NCBI GenBank assembly: GCA_040220235.1
Contig: JAVJTO010000011.1
Source of the DNA: Coleofasciculus sp. B1-GNL1-01
GTDB lineage: Bacteria; Cyanobacteriota; Cyanobacteriia; Cyanobacteriales; Coleofasciculaceae
DNA length: 64,000 bases
Direction: 5' to 3' (one strand)
The first letter of the stretch is position 1; each line of letters begins with the position of its first letter. The notes under the pieces were generated by a model. That model was given only the letters and a program-made list of their open reading frames with translations. It was not told where the DNA came from and ran no database searches. The translations under genes and the position numbers were made by a program. This document shows positions 49,918 to 59,357 of the stretch, piece by piece.

Positions 49918-51312
49918 CTAAAAAACGGCTTGCAAACCAGCCGTCAACCGCCAATCCGTTTCAAGCTGCGGGCCATCCAGAGAACGATAAAGAGGTAATT
50001 CAAACTCAATTGCTAACCGACTTCCCTGAAGATTACCACTGGGAGCATAGAGATTAACACCAAAGCCTAAATTTAACTGAGTGCCACCTCGTCTATCTGG
50101 ATCAGCAGTGGGAATCATCATCGGATTCAGACGAGAGTCAGATCCATCAAGATTTCCCCACGTCTGACCATTGAGACGAATTGAGGTACTCAGCCAATCT
50201 GTCCACTTATAAGCCGTCCAACCCGTGAGCATCAGTTGATTACCGAGTCGATAATCATTACTATTTTCACCCAAGCGCAGCGTCGCGATCGCTTGGCTGC
50301 CCCAAGACCAATTGTTACTCTGACCTAAGTAAGTAATACCAGGTAGTAAGTCAAAAGTGCCAGAACCGATCTGCATGGGATAGGGTAAAATCTGGTCATC
50401 ACCTGCTGGGGTATTGTCTCGCTCCTCAATTGAGCCTGTGGGGAAACTCATGCCGATATTCAAGTGCAAGCGCTGTTGGCTTTGATCTAGGACTTTGTAA
50501 AGTGCTGTGAGTTTGATATCACCGAAGCCTTCTGAATTGGTAGTAAAGCGCACGCCGCGACGAGTAACATGATCCATTTCTTTGAACACATAAGGTACCA
50601 TCGCCATCAACGTCAGGTCATTGGTTGGTGCATACATCACCCCCAATGCGTGCATTTGCATGGTCATGCGTACCGGAGTCACGGGAAACTGTTGCAAAAC
50701 CTCGGCATCGCTGAGGTTATCTGTACCCTCCCGATTACCGTCCATATCCATAAACCGATAGCGGTAGGAGAACATCCATTCTCCGGCACTGTGGGTATGA
50801 TCACCCATTACGCCAATAGGAGCATGTCCATCGGGTCGTCCTGAAGTCCATCGAAAGGGTATAGCTTGATTATTGCTATCGGCAAGTTGGATGTTTTGAT
50901 CGTCTAAATTAAAGATTGGCAACGGAGTTAGAACTTCAGGAGTGGATTGTCCGGTTGATATCTCATCGAAGGAAATGGGATAGCTCAGAGCCGTTGAAGT
51001 TTTTTCCGGCAAGTCTAGAACACCAAGCGGGTTAACCTGAGCCTCTTGCTCATGTTGGGGAGTCAATGAATGTTTGTCCCATCGATCATAATTTGCCTGT
51101 TGTCGATCTATGATCGGATCAATTTCCCTAGAGAAATCTACATTCGCTGGTTTGGTTTCCGATTGAATTTCCCACGTTTGTGAGATTGTATCGGGAATGG
51201 GTAAGAAGGGTTTTTGGTTTATCCTTGGCAAGGTTTGTGCATTCACGCTTATCGGACACATCCAGATAATTCCCATTATGACCCAACTGAATCGACGGTG
51301 ATCTCTTTTCAC
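49918..51312 (-). CDS. Putative outer-membrane beta-barrel transporter
   Basis: Signal peptide, RPDGHAPIGVMGDHTH, GFGDI, LPYPMQIGSGTFD and a terminal Phe. Confidence 0.72.
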   Translation of the reverse strand: MKRDHRRFSWVIMGIIWMCPISVNAQTLPRINQKPFLPIPDTISQTWEIQSETKPANVDFSREIDPIIDRQQANYDRWDKHSLTPQHEQEAQVNPLGVLDLPEKTSTALSYPISFDEISTGQSTPEVLTPLPIFNLDDQNIQLADSNNQAIPFRWTSGRPDGHAPIGVMGDHTHSAGEWMFSYRYRFMDMDGNREGTDNLSDAEVLQQFPVTPVRMTMQMHALGVMYAPTNDLTLMAMVPYVFKEMDHVTRRGVRFTTNSEGFGDIKLTALYKVLDQSQQRLHLNIGMSFPTGSIEERDNTPAGDDQILPYPMQIGSGTFDLLPGITYLGQSNNWSWGSQAIATLRLGENSNDYRLGNQLMLTGWTAYKWTDWLSTSIRLNGQTWGNLDGSDSRLNPMMIPTADPDRRGGTQLNLGFGVNLYAPSGNLQGSRLAIEFELPLYRSLDGPQLETDWRLTAGLQAVF

Positions 51313-51637
51313 TGAATCAACCTCTCGTTAACGCAACGTATGTAAACAGTGTCTGTTATTTTGGTTGGGGTTACAGTTTAAGTCAAAAGACAGGTTGTCA
51401 AACTTGATGGTGAAGGGTTAAGAGACGTGATCGCTGAGGGAGCATAGACCCTAAAAGCCGATAATGTTTAACTAGGTTACGTTATGTGAATTTACTTTAA
51501 ACCCTCGCCCAGCACATAATGATAAATGACGAGCCTCACCGTTTACATTTATTGTGCAGAGCCACTTAATGTAAGTTTGACAGACATTAAGAACGGTAAC
51601 GTATACTTGAGCAACCTTTGGACATAATGATTTTGCT

Positions 51638-51879
51638 ATGACTGGTCTCTGTCAAAAATTACAATTGCTGCTTCTAGTGCGGTACTGAGTTTGCTGACAA
51701 TAGCGGCTGTTTCTGCCCAGGCTATTACCTTTGAACTCGACTGGACTGGACAAGAGGGATATTCGGCTCAAGGGTCTTTCAGTTACGATGAAACGCAAGA
51801 GTATAACTCGGCATTAACCATCTTTGGTTTAGCCGCATTGCTGATGAAGAAAAAACGAACATTTTCGATCAAAAAATAG
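51638..51879 (+). pseudogene. Internally deleted, frameshifted PEP-CTERM-type protein remnant
   Basis: A signal peptide (frameshift near 51660, ends AQA) and about 25 mature residues run straight into a hydrophobic, Lys-rich sorting-like tail. Confidence 0.55.
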
Positions 51880-51970
51880 TTAGGATATTAAAACGCTCTC
51901 GATTGTTCATGGTTCATTGTTGATTGCCATGAACCATGAACCCTAAAATCCCCAATGACACGAATCGCCT

Positions 51971-52941
51971 ATGCCTGTTTACGGTTGTGACTCGATCGCC
52001 TTTGAGGGAGTTACAGGTCAGCGTTATTGGTTCCACGAACCGTTTCACTTTACCGGAATCACCGATATCGATGAACGGCTGAGTAGTTTCCCCGTAGCTG
52101 TCTTTTTGCCACAGGATCGACCTGGCGATCAGACACCGTTGGTGATTGGCATTCAAGGGATGTGTGCGCCTTATGGCTGGAATGCTTTTATTGTGCCAAC
52201 GCTGACCCAAATGGGGATTGCTGTGGCATTATTTGACACCCCTCTAGCAGGTGAACGCAGTTTCGTGCGGACGTTTTCCGGGGTGGCGCAGGTTGAAATT
52301 AAACCGCTTCTGGATCGCGGTATTTCCTTTGATACTCAACTAATGCTGCGGATGTTCAGTGTCACAGCGCGGGATATTGGCTTAGTGCGGAATTTTTGTC
52401 GCGATCGCTATCATCTCACTGATCCTCGGTTGGCGCTATTTGGCGTCAGTATGGGCGTTTTATTTAGTGCATTTGCCTTTACTACAGATGGGATGGGAGA
52501 ACGATTACTGGGTGCGATCGGTCATGCTAACCTGCAAACCTTTGCCAAAAGCTGGGGGGCTTTATTTTGCCAGAACTGGCTGCATCGCCTCTAGGGAGGT
52601 TAGCAGAAGTGCTGCTGGGCAAAGTTCAACCGGATCTTCCGAGTTGGGTTCCTCTATTGCGAATCGCGAATTCTCTCAAACATCCGGATCAGTTTGGTCA
52701 AGCTTGTAACCCCATGACCTATGCGGATCGAGTAGACTCTCATCGTCGGATTCGCTTTTTGGTGGGGAAGCGCGATCGCATGGTTAATGTCGCCGATGCT
52801 AAGGCTTGTGCCAAACGGTTTCCGAATAGTGATTGTTATGTTGTTCCGGGTATGGGTCATGGGACAAACGATTTTGGTCTCACATTTACCGATCATGTTC
52901 GCTATTTTCTCGTGACTCAGTTGGCAGATTGGCGAAGTTAA
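51971..52941 (+). pseudogene. Alpha/beta hydrolase split at a G6 tract (52554-52559)
   Basis: GVSMG nucleophile in ORF1; Asp (GKRD) and His (GMGHG) in ORF2. G7 would join the two frames. Confidence 0.78.
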
Positions 52942-53076
52942 TCGCTACAGCAGAAGTCAGAAGCTTGATGATTGGGACGTGGTTCTGTAAGGTTTGCCCA
53001 CCCGACATAAAATCAGCGTTTGAGGTCAAATTCAGGTAAACTGAGTATCCAGTTTCCTGATTTTAACGGCATAATT

Positions 53077-53496
53077 ATGGTTCCCATGCCCAGTTACCGC
53101 CCCAAACAACTCTCCCTTGGTCCATTAGAGGCAGAAATCTTAGAGATTATCTGGCAACTCGGTTCGGCTACCACTAAAGATGTCCACGAACGAATTTTGG
53201 CTGACCCAGACCGAGAGTTAGCCTATGCTTCCGTAACCACGGTATTGCGCCGTCTCACCCAAAAAGGCTGGCTAAGGTGCGATCGCCAAGATCGGGCATT
53301 TCGTTGGCAACCCTTGCTCTCGCCGGAACAGGCGCAGATTCTGCAAGCCCATGATCAGTTACAGAGATTCTTAGCCGTAGGAAATCCTGATATCATCGCC
53401 GCCTTTGCCGACAGTCTCGACCAAGCTAGTCTAGAACAACTCGACGCGATCGCCCAGCGTTTGCAAGCCATCCGCGAAGCGAGGGAGCAGCAATGA
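53077..53496 (+). CDS. BlaI/MecI/CopY-family repressor
   Basis: LGPLEAEILEIIW and LAYASVTTVLRRL..KGWL. Confidence 0.9.
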   Translation: MVPMPSYRPKQLSLGPLEAEILEIIWQLGSATTKDVHERILADPDRELAYASVTTVLRRLTQKGWLRCDRQDRAFRWQPLLSPEQAQILQAHDQLQRFLAVGNPDIIAAFADSLDQASLEQLDAIAQRLQAIREAREQQ

Positions 53497-54338
53497 TCCA
53501 TCTCATCCTAATTCTGAGTGCCTTAGCCGTAGCTTGGTTCACCCGAATCAGTTGGTCAGGAACAGTCGGTAGTTATCAGCAACGCTGGCAAAATGCCTTA
53601 AGCACGTTCTTATTTCCGCCATTGCTACTGATCATGACAGCCATCTCTATTGTCTGCATGGGACCCCAAGGGCAAATGGTTTGGCGCTGGGAGGGTTGGT
53701 TCAGTTATGGATTAGCTGGCACGTTCTTGGGATATGTGGGAGTCTCAGGGCTGAAACTGGCGTTTGCCGGATGGCGTTCTTGGCAACAGGTTCGCACCTA
53801 TCCCCAGCAAACCCTTCATGGCAGACTAATCCGCATTCTCAACACACCCTTAGTGTTTAGCGCTCAAGTCGGATTTTGGCACTCGGAACTGGTGGTGAGT
53901 CAAGGGTTGCTGGAGACGCTTGATGCGGATCATTTGCAAGCGGTTCTTACCCATGAAGACGGACATTTTTATTATCGAGATACCTTTTGGTTCTTTTGGT
54001 TGGGCTGGATGCGGCGATTTTCTTATGGATTAACCCATACAGAAGCGCTATGGCAGGAACTATTACTGTTACGAGAAATCAGAGCCGATCAATGGGCAGC
54101 ACAACGGGTTGATTTTTTACTGTTAGCGGAATCCCTGTTGACGGTTGTCAGTACACCGCTGATGCATTCTGAAAGTGTTTGTGCCGCTTTTAGCTGCAGT
54201 GCACCTAAAAATCGTCTTCAGGAACGCATAGAAGCGCTCTTAGCTGAAATCCATTTACCTAACCAGACCTATCTATATTTATTCATCTGGTTTTTATTAT
54301 CATGTTTGCCGCTATTTTTAATCCCGTTTCACCGATAA
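53493..54338 (+). CDS. M56/BlaR1-like membrane metallopeptidase
   Basis: TM helices, VLTHEDGH (HEXXH) and REIRAD; ATGA overlap with the repressor gene. Confidence 0.87.
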   Translation: MIHLILILSALAVAWFTRISWSGTVGSYQQRWQNALSTFLFPPLLLIMTAISIVCMGPQGQMVWRWEGWFSYGLAGTFLGYVGVSGLKLAFAGWRSWQQVRTYPQQTLHGRLIRILNTPLVFSAQVGFWHSELVVSQGLLETLDADHLQAVLTHEDGHFYYRDTFWFFWLGWMRRFSYGLTHTEALWQELLLLREIRADQWAAQRVDFLLLAESLLTVVSTPLMHSESVCAAFSCSAPKNRLQERIEALLAEIHLPNQTYLYLFIWFLLSCLPLFLIPFHR

Positions 54339-54453
54339 GTAGGTGGAGTTTCATTAAAGTTAACGGTTGAGATTAGGCAACAGGCAACAGTAAGGGTTTG
54401 AGGCATGAAAACATTTCTTAGCACAGTGTATAGAATTTATGTCCAGGTACTTA
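54336..54453 (+). mobile_element. MITE family B, full copy (118 bp, TA-flanked)
   Basis: TAAGTAGGTGGA ... TCCAGGTACTTA form an imperfect inverted repeat (10/12); internal AGGCAAC heptamers. Confidence 0.72.
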
Positions 54454-54544
54454 CAGCCGATTTGGTGGTTGATGAGGTACAGTCTTCTCAGCAAGATCCC
54501 CGACTTCGTAGGAGTTGTCGGGGATCTGTCTGTGTAATGCCAAC

Positions 54545-54886
54545 TTAGTGAGAATCATGATGAGGTTGGTTCGGCGTGGGAAGAGAAGGGTTGTGGGGAT
54601 GAGAGGGGGATTCTTCAGCGCCGATAGGAATACGAATATTTCCCATACCCATTGAACCGATACTCACTAATCCCATCGTCTGAAAACCAACAGCTACCGT
54701 CCCCATAGAAACTAGCCCAGCCGATAAGACTCCCATGGCGACAGAACCGAGAGAAAAGACTCCCATGGGAACGAACCCTATTGAAATTACCCCCATCGGG
54801 ACTATACCAATCGATACGATTCCCAATGGGGCAATGCCGATGGCAAAAACTTGAGGCTTGTGGTGGTGAGCAGAGGTTTTGGACAT
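54545..54886 (-). CDS. Small hydrophobic Gly-pentapeptide-repeat protein with His-rich ends
   Basis: Gly every fifth residue (GIAPL-GIVSI-GIVPM-GVISI...); HHH at the N-terminus and HHDSH at the C-terminus. Confidence 0.65.
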   Translation of the reverse strand: MSKTSAHHHKPQVFAIGIAPLGIVSIGIVPMGVISIGFVPMGVFSLGSVAMGVLSAGLVSMGTVAVGFQTMGLVSIGSMGMGNIRIPIGAEESPSHPHNPSLPTPNQPHHDSH

Positions 54887-54992
54887 GGGAGAGTAAAGCT
54901 GATACTATGCTGCTGTTGATCTTGAGGGAGCAGCCAACCCTTGTCAAAAGACAGGCTGTCAAACTTGGGTGAGGACAACCCTTTTTCCTCTT

Positions 54993-56042
54993 TCAACCTC
55001 GAACAGTCGATTTAATCTCCATTAATTGCTGCTGAAGTGCGCCTGTAGTTAACAAAGACTCCGCTTTGCTTAATCCATCTTCTAACGTCGGGCAAACCCC
55101 ACACCGCCAGAGATAAAACCCACCATTCCAAATCACGGATTTTTGAAATTCTGAAGATTTTCCCGCTAAAACTTGTTTAATTTGTACCAATAATTGTTCC
55201 TTTGACTCTAAAGGAACCTCCTTTCCTTCAAAACCATAATCCCTAGGGTGAAGTTTCAGGCGTTGATAGGGTTCGCTATCTCCAGGTTTATGTGTCGAAA
55301 TAATCGCCGTCCGTTCACGGGGCAAATCGCAACTTCCCTCTAACCCCTTGATTAAGGTGTAATTGTTGACGCCTCGTAATCCCAATGTTCCCTGCATAAA
55401 TTCTTCTGTTGGGGGATGGACAAACCCAGCCACTAAATGCACGTTTCCAGCATAAGGAAGCCAAATTAATTCAATCGTGGCAAAGGGGGGACGCTTGCCA
55501 ATCTGATCCCGATAATTCACCAAACCTTGAGTCGCCGGAAAATGGTTAGGGGTGTAGATAAACCCAAAGCGAGTTGTTTCTAAACTCTGATGCACTTGGG
55601 TAAGACTCAATCGGGTAAAATCGATGCCCAATCCTTGCCAAATTTCTACCAAAGGAATGCCATATTTTGTTGCCATACAGTCGCCGCCATGTTGGATTAC
55701 CGGAACCCCTGAAGCCGCCAGCATCAGCGCCGTTAATAGAGTAACTGGGGCGGTTCGCGATCGCCCGTCGTAAGGTGTCCCCATTACCGTGACTATCGGA
55801 TCACCGGATAAGCGGGGTACTGTGCAACCTAATTGATCATACGCATCCAACATTCCCGCAAGTTCCTCACTCGTGGGGCGCTTAATCCGATGGGCAATTA
55901 AAAACGCCCCAATTTGAGCCGGAGTCGCGTCTTCATTCAAGATCATTTCTGTGGCGTTGGCGGCTTCTTCACGAGTTAAATCTTTGTGAGTATGGCTACC
56001 GCTACCCACTTTCTTTAACAGTTCTCTGAAAATAATACTCAT
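54993..56042 (-). CDS. cnaT: Anthranilate phosphoribosyltransferase-like (GT3) protein, CnaT-like
   Basis: AQIGAFLIAHRIK, PYDGRSR, RDQIGKR and KGLEGS; near nirA with NtcA boxes upstream. Confidence 0.78.
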   Translation of the reverse strand: MSIIFRELLKKVGSGSHTHKDLTREEAANATEMILNEDATPAQIGAFLIAHRIKRPTSEELAGMLDAYDQLGCTVPRLSGDPIVTVMGTPYDGRSRTAPVTLLTALMLAASGVPVIQHGGDCMATKYGIPLVEIWQGLGIDFTRLSLTQVHQSLETTRFGFIYTPNHFPATQGLVNYRDQIGKRPPFATIELIWLPYAGNVHLVAGFVHPPTEEFMQGTLGLRGVNNYTLIKGLEGSCDLPRERTAIISTHKPGDSEPYQRLKLHPRDYGFEGKEVPLESKEQLLVQIKQVLAGKSSEFQKSVIWNGGFYLWRCGVCPTLEDGLSKAESLLTTGALQQQLMEIKSTVRG

Positions 56043-56204
56043 AATGGGGGATGAAAAATAGGACGATTGGACTATGACGATAACGGTTTAGGACGATAGC
56101 AGATTGACAGAGAACCGTTCGTGAATCCTGAACAAAGATGCAACGACTTCGCCATTGAGTAACCTCTGTGAGGATTAGTTAACAAATCTACAATTAATTT
56201 TTAT

Positions 56205-56246
56205 GTATTATTTGATACAGATTTTAATTTTAGTATATTCTGATAC
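56205..56246. promoter_or_regulatory. Two NtcA boxes (GTA-N8-TAC at 56205-56218 and 56233-56246)
   Basis: GTATTATTTGATAC and GTATATTCTGATAC. Confidence 0.78.
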
Positions 56247-56278
56247 AAGAAGAGAATCGAGAATCAGACGGCACAGAT

Positions 56279-56482
56279 ATGCAAAATCCACAACCGCAAC
56301 CCCCTCCAGCCAATCTCTCGGCTAGTGCAATTTTTCGCTATCTGCAACCCGGAATGTGGCTGAGATTAGAGGAACTCCCCAATCCGTTTGCCCACTATGA
56401 GGCGCTGATACTCTCCCAAGTCTCGGATCATGAATGGCTGACTTGGATTCCGGAACATGGAGAATATCTGTTAGTGCTGTAG
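56279..56482 (+). CDS. Small hypothetical protein
   Basis: 67 aa with PNPF.HYEALIL...EWLTWIPEHGE; directly downstream of the NtcA boxes. Confidence 0.65.
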   Translation: MQNPQPQPPPANLSASAIFRYLQPGMWLRLEELPNPFAHYEALILSQVSDHEWLTWIPEHGEYLLVL

Positions 56483-56574
56483 CCACTTCCAGCGAAAGGA
56501 TAGCCTCCTCTAGCTAAGTTGTTCAGCCAATATCACCTCCATACAATGCTCAAACGTATAGAAAATTTGGAGTT

Positions 56575-57018
56575 TTGGTAATGATCAAGACGAAGCTTTC
56601 CCCCTGCGAGAGTTTACTCTATCACTGGATTCGGTTTCATACTCAAACCAATCAAAAAATAAATTTTAACTGGCATGACTTTCAGGCTTGGACAGCAGAA
56701 TTCCTCGAACATTCAGTTAGCTTGAGCGAAGTTTACGCCGCGCTTACAGAGCTACATAAGCTGAAATTAATTACTGTCCAAGGCACCGAAGTTGCCCTAA
56801 ATACTCCCCCAAGTCGTACACCGTTAGAACTTTCACCATTACCCCATAAATTATTAACCACCAGCCGGAAACCTAAGCTTTTTTCCTGGGCTTCCCTGAT
56901 GACGTTAATCTTTTTAGTTTTGTGGTTAGGCTCAGGCGTTATGTATTTTAAGTTGTATTCAGGAGACTCAAATCATTATACCAATCCTTATCAATTTTTG
57001 GGCGAAAAAATAAAATAA
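56575..57018 (+). CDS. Hypothetical protein with a C-terminal TM helix
   Basis: 147-aa ORF filling the gap, with one hydrophobic helix. Confidence 0.6.
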   Translation: MVMIKTKLSPCESLLYHWIRFHTQTNQKINFNWHDFQAWTAEFLEHSVSLSEVYAALTELHKLKLITVQGTEVALNTPPSRTPLELSPLPHKLLTTSRKPKLFSWASLMTLIFLVLWLGSGVMYFKLYSGDSNHYTNPYQFLGEKIK

Positions 57019-57090
57019 TTGGGTTGACTTATTTAGTCAATCGGAGACAGAGCGAAACACGGATGAAGGGTGAAACAGGGTTATCCGAAT

Positions 57091-57151
57091 GTAGGGGCGG
57101 GTTTCACTACTATCTTTTTTGACTTCACCCGAATTTCGCTAAACCCGCCCC
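57091..57151. repeat. Long-loop REP GTAGGGGCGGGTTT-N-AAACCCGCCCC
   Basis: Arms match 35724-35787. Confidence 0.8.
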
Positions 57152-57200
57152 AATCCAATGTCCGAATTATTGGACAAACCAATGACATAAGACAAACGCC

Positions 57201-59102
57201 TTAAGCATCAATCACCACTTGTCCTTCCGGCACAGCACAACAGGTCAAAACCATGCCCTCCTCTAAATCTTCCAAGGCACTATACTCTTCGTCATACTTC
57301 ACTTGACCTTTTAATAATTTTTTAGTACAAGTCCCGCAAGTACCAGCACGACAACTACTGTCGATTTCAATGCCTTGGCTTTCAGCCATATCCAGGATAA
57401 ATTCCTGAGAATTAGCGTCAACCTGTTTCCAAGATTCCGCGAAAAATAGCTTGGTTTGAGCTTGATCACCGTTGGTTTCTGTCTCAGATGAAGGTTGAGT
57501 ATCCTCTGGAACATTCTCCTGAGTTTCCGGCTCCGGTTCTATAACAACTCCATCCTTAACTTTAGCATCAAAGTTTTCAATTAATAGATTCCGCAGAATC
57601 GGTTTTAGGTCATCGCAGGCAATTCCTTTTTCCAATAAGTCTCCGAGTTGAGCATCTTTGCCGACTTTTCCCCCAGTATAAAGATTTACCCCTTCGACAG
57701 GCTTGCCATCTTTACGAACTTTCGTACCCATTAACCCAATATCGGCAACTTGAGGTTGTCCACAGGAGTTGGGACATCCAGTCCAGTGTATCCGCACTCG
57801 TTCGGGAATGTCTAATTCTTGATCCAGTTCTTGCGCCAGTTTTAATGCCCGTTGCTTGGTTTCTATGATGGCAAAATTGCAATAGCGATTCCCCGTACAA
57901 GACACCAATGAACGGGTAAGCGTAGAGGGATGAATCGGAAACTGCTGGAGTAACGGTTCACTCAGAAACGCTTCGATTTTTTCATTGGCAATGTAGGGAA
58001 TAATTAAATTTTGTTCAACGGTTAAGCGAATTTCACCATTCCCATAAACATCAGCTAATCGGGCTAACTCAAACATGGTATCGGCTGACAAGCGCCCCAC
58101 GGGAACCAGTAAGCCAACATAACTGTACCCTGGTTGCTTTTGCGGATAAACCCCAATGTAATCTTTTTTCTCTTGGGTAATCTCATCCTCAGGCGCAGCC
58201 GGGAGAAGTTCTTTCCCGAATGTTTTTTCGACTTCCGCCCGGAATTTGTCTACGCCCCATTTATCAATCAACCACATCATCCGGGCTTTTTGGCGGCTTT
58301 TTCGTAATCCCTCTTTTAATCCGTTCTGAGTATAAACGGTAAGAATCGCGCCACTCAAGTTAATCACATCTGCTTCATTTGCCGGAACCCAGGCATTTAA
58401 GGGAATCGCTTCCACACAACGCTGGGCTGATAAATAACCGCCGACTAAAATATTGAAGCCTAATTCTCCATCCCGATAGGCAGGGACAAAGGCAATATCA
58501 TTAATTTCGGCGTGAATGGAGTTGTCTCGTCCTCCTTCAATGGCAATATTGAATTTACGCGGAAGATTTGTAAACGCATAATTTCCTTCCCCGTTATTGG
58601 TAATCATGTCCTGCAATTTTTGCACCATGTCACGGGTGTCAATGATTTCGTCTGCATCAATTCCAGCGACGGGTGATCCGGTTAAATTCCGCACATTATC
58701 CATTCCCGTCTGCACACTGGTCATATTAATGGATTGCAGTTGACGGAAAATTTCTGGAATATCTTCTAAACGGACGCCTCGCAGTTGAATATTTTGGCGA
58801 GTAGTAATATCGGCGCTACCATCATCACCATAACGCTGCACAATACTGGCAAGAACCCGCATTTTCTCACTGTCCAGATAACCATTGGGTGTGCGTAAGC
58901 GCAACATGAATTTGCCGGGAGTTACTGGACGGAAAAAGACACCCAACCACTTGAGGCGAAGTTCTAAGTCGGTTTTATCAACGTTTTCCCAGCCAACTTC
59001 GATTAAGCTTTCCAGTTCATGTTTAATGTCTAGCCCATCTTTCTCGGCTTTGGCTTTTTCCACTTTGTTTATTTTTTTGGATACGTCTTTTGTTGTAGTC
59101 AT
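57201..59102 (-). CDS. nirA: Ferredoxin-nitrite reductase with a C-terminal fused [2Fe-2S] ferredoxin domain
   Basis: ITTRQNIQ, NLPRKFN, SCTGNRYC and WTGCPNSCGQ; tail SCRAGTCGTC...LTCCA. ATG 59102 chosen because it lies downstream of the NtcA promoter. Confidence 0.95.
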   Translation of the reverse strand: MTTTKDVSKKINKVEKAKAEKDGLDIKHELESLIEVGWENVDKTDLELRLKWLGVFFRPVTPGKFMLRLRTPNGYLDSEKMRVLASIVQRYGDDGSADITTRQNIQLRGVRLEDIPEIFRQLQSINMTSVQTGMDNVRNLTGSPVAGIDADEIIDTRDMVQKLQDMITNNGEGNYAFTNLPRKFNIAIEGGRDNSIHAEINDIAFVPAYRDGELGFNILVGGYLSAQRCVEAIPLNAWVPANEADVINLSGAILTVYTQNGLKEGLRKSRQKARMMWLIDKWGVDKFRAEVEKTFGKELLPAAPEDEITQEKKDYIGVYPQKQPGYSYVGLLVPVGRLSADTMFELARLADVYGNGEIRLTVEQNLIIPYIANEKIEAFLSEPLLQQFPIHPSTLTRSLVSCTGNRYCNFAIIETKQRALKLAQELDQELDIPERVRIHWTGCPNSCGQPQVADIGLMGTKVRKDGKPVEGVNLYTGGKVGKDAQLGDLLEKGIACDDLKPILRNLLIENFDAKVKDGVVIEPEPETQENVPEDTQPSSETETNGDQAQTKLFFAESWKQVDANSQEFILDMAESQGIEIDSSCRAGTCGTCTKKLLKGQVKYDEEYSALEDLEEGMVLTCCAVPEGQVVIDA

Positions 59103-59166
59103 AGCGCTATTTTGATGGATTTTTACGGTTTTCGGTTCTACTAAAATTTCCCCTCTTAATTTCAGT

Positions 59167-59260
59167 AAGGTAAGCAAGGTTCAAGTGCTAAATTGTATAT
59201 TTGGATACGCTTTTAAGTTGAATTTGAACAAACTGCATCATATAAATGCAATTTATGAAT
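59167..59260 (-). promoter_or_regulatory. NtcA-activated nirA promoter with a candidate NtcB (LysR) site
   Basis: GTA-N8-TAC at 59195-59208, then N22, then TACCTT (TAN3T) at 59172-59167. AT-N11-AT at 59246-59260 is centred about 93 nt upstream of the predicted TSS. Confidence 0.8.
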
Positions 59261-59357
59261 TAAATGTTTATAAATCATCGATTCTATGAAACGATAGGAA
59301 GAGTGAGGCTGAAGTGGCACACCATTCAGTCTGGGTAACGATGCAAGTGATCAAACA

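Noticed and set aside
51313..51637. Riboswitch or Zur box upstream of the outer-membrane transporter
   Set aside because: No convincing cobalamin-riboswitch or TGATAATnATTATCA match was visible by eye.
59103..59177. N-terminal extension of nirA in the ORF track
   Set aside because: It overlaps the predicted -10 box and TSS; ATG 59102 is more plausible.
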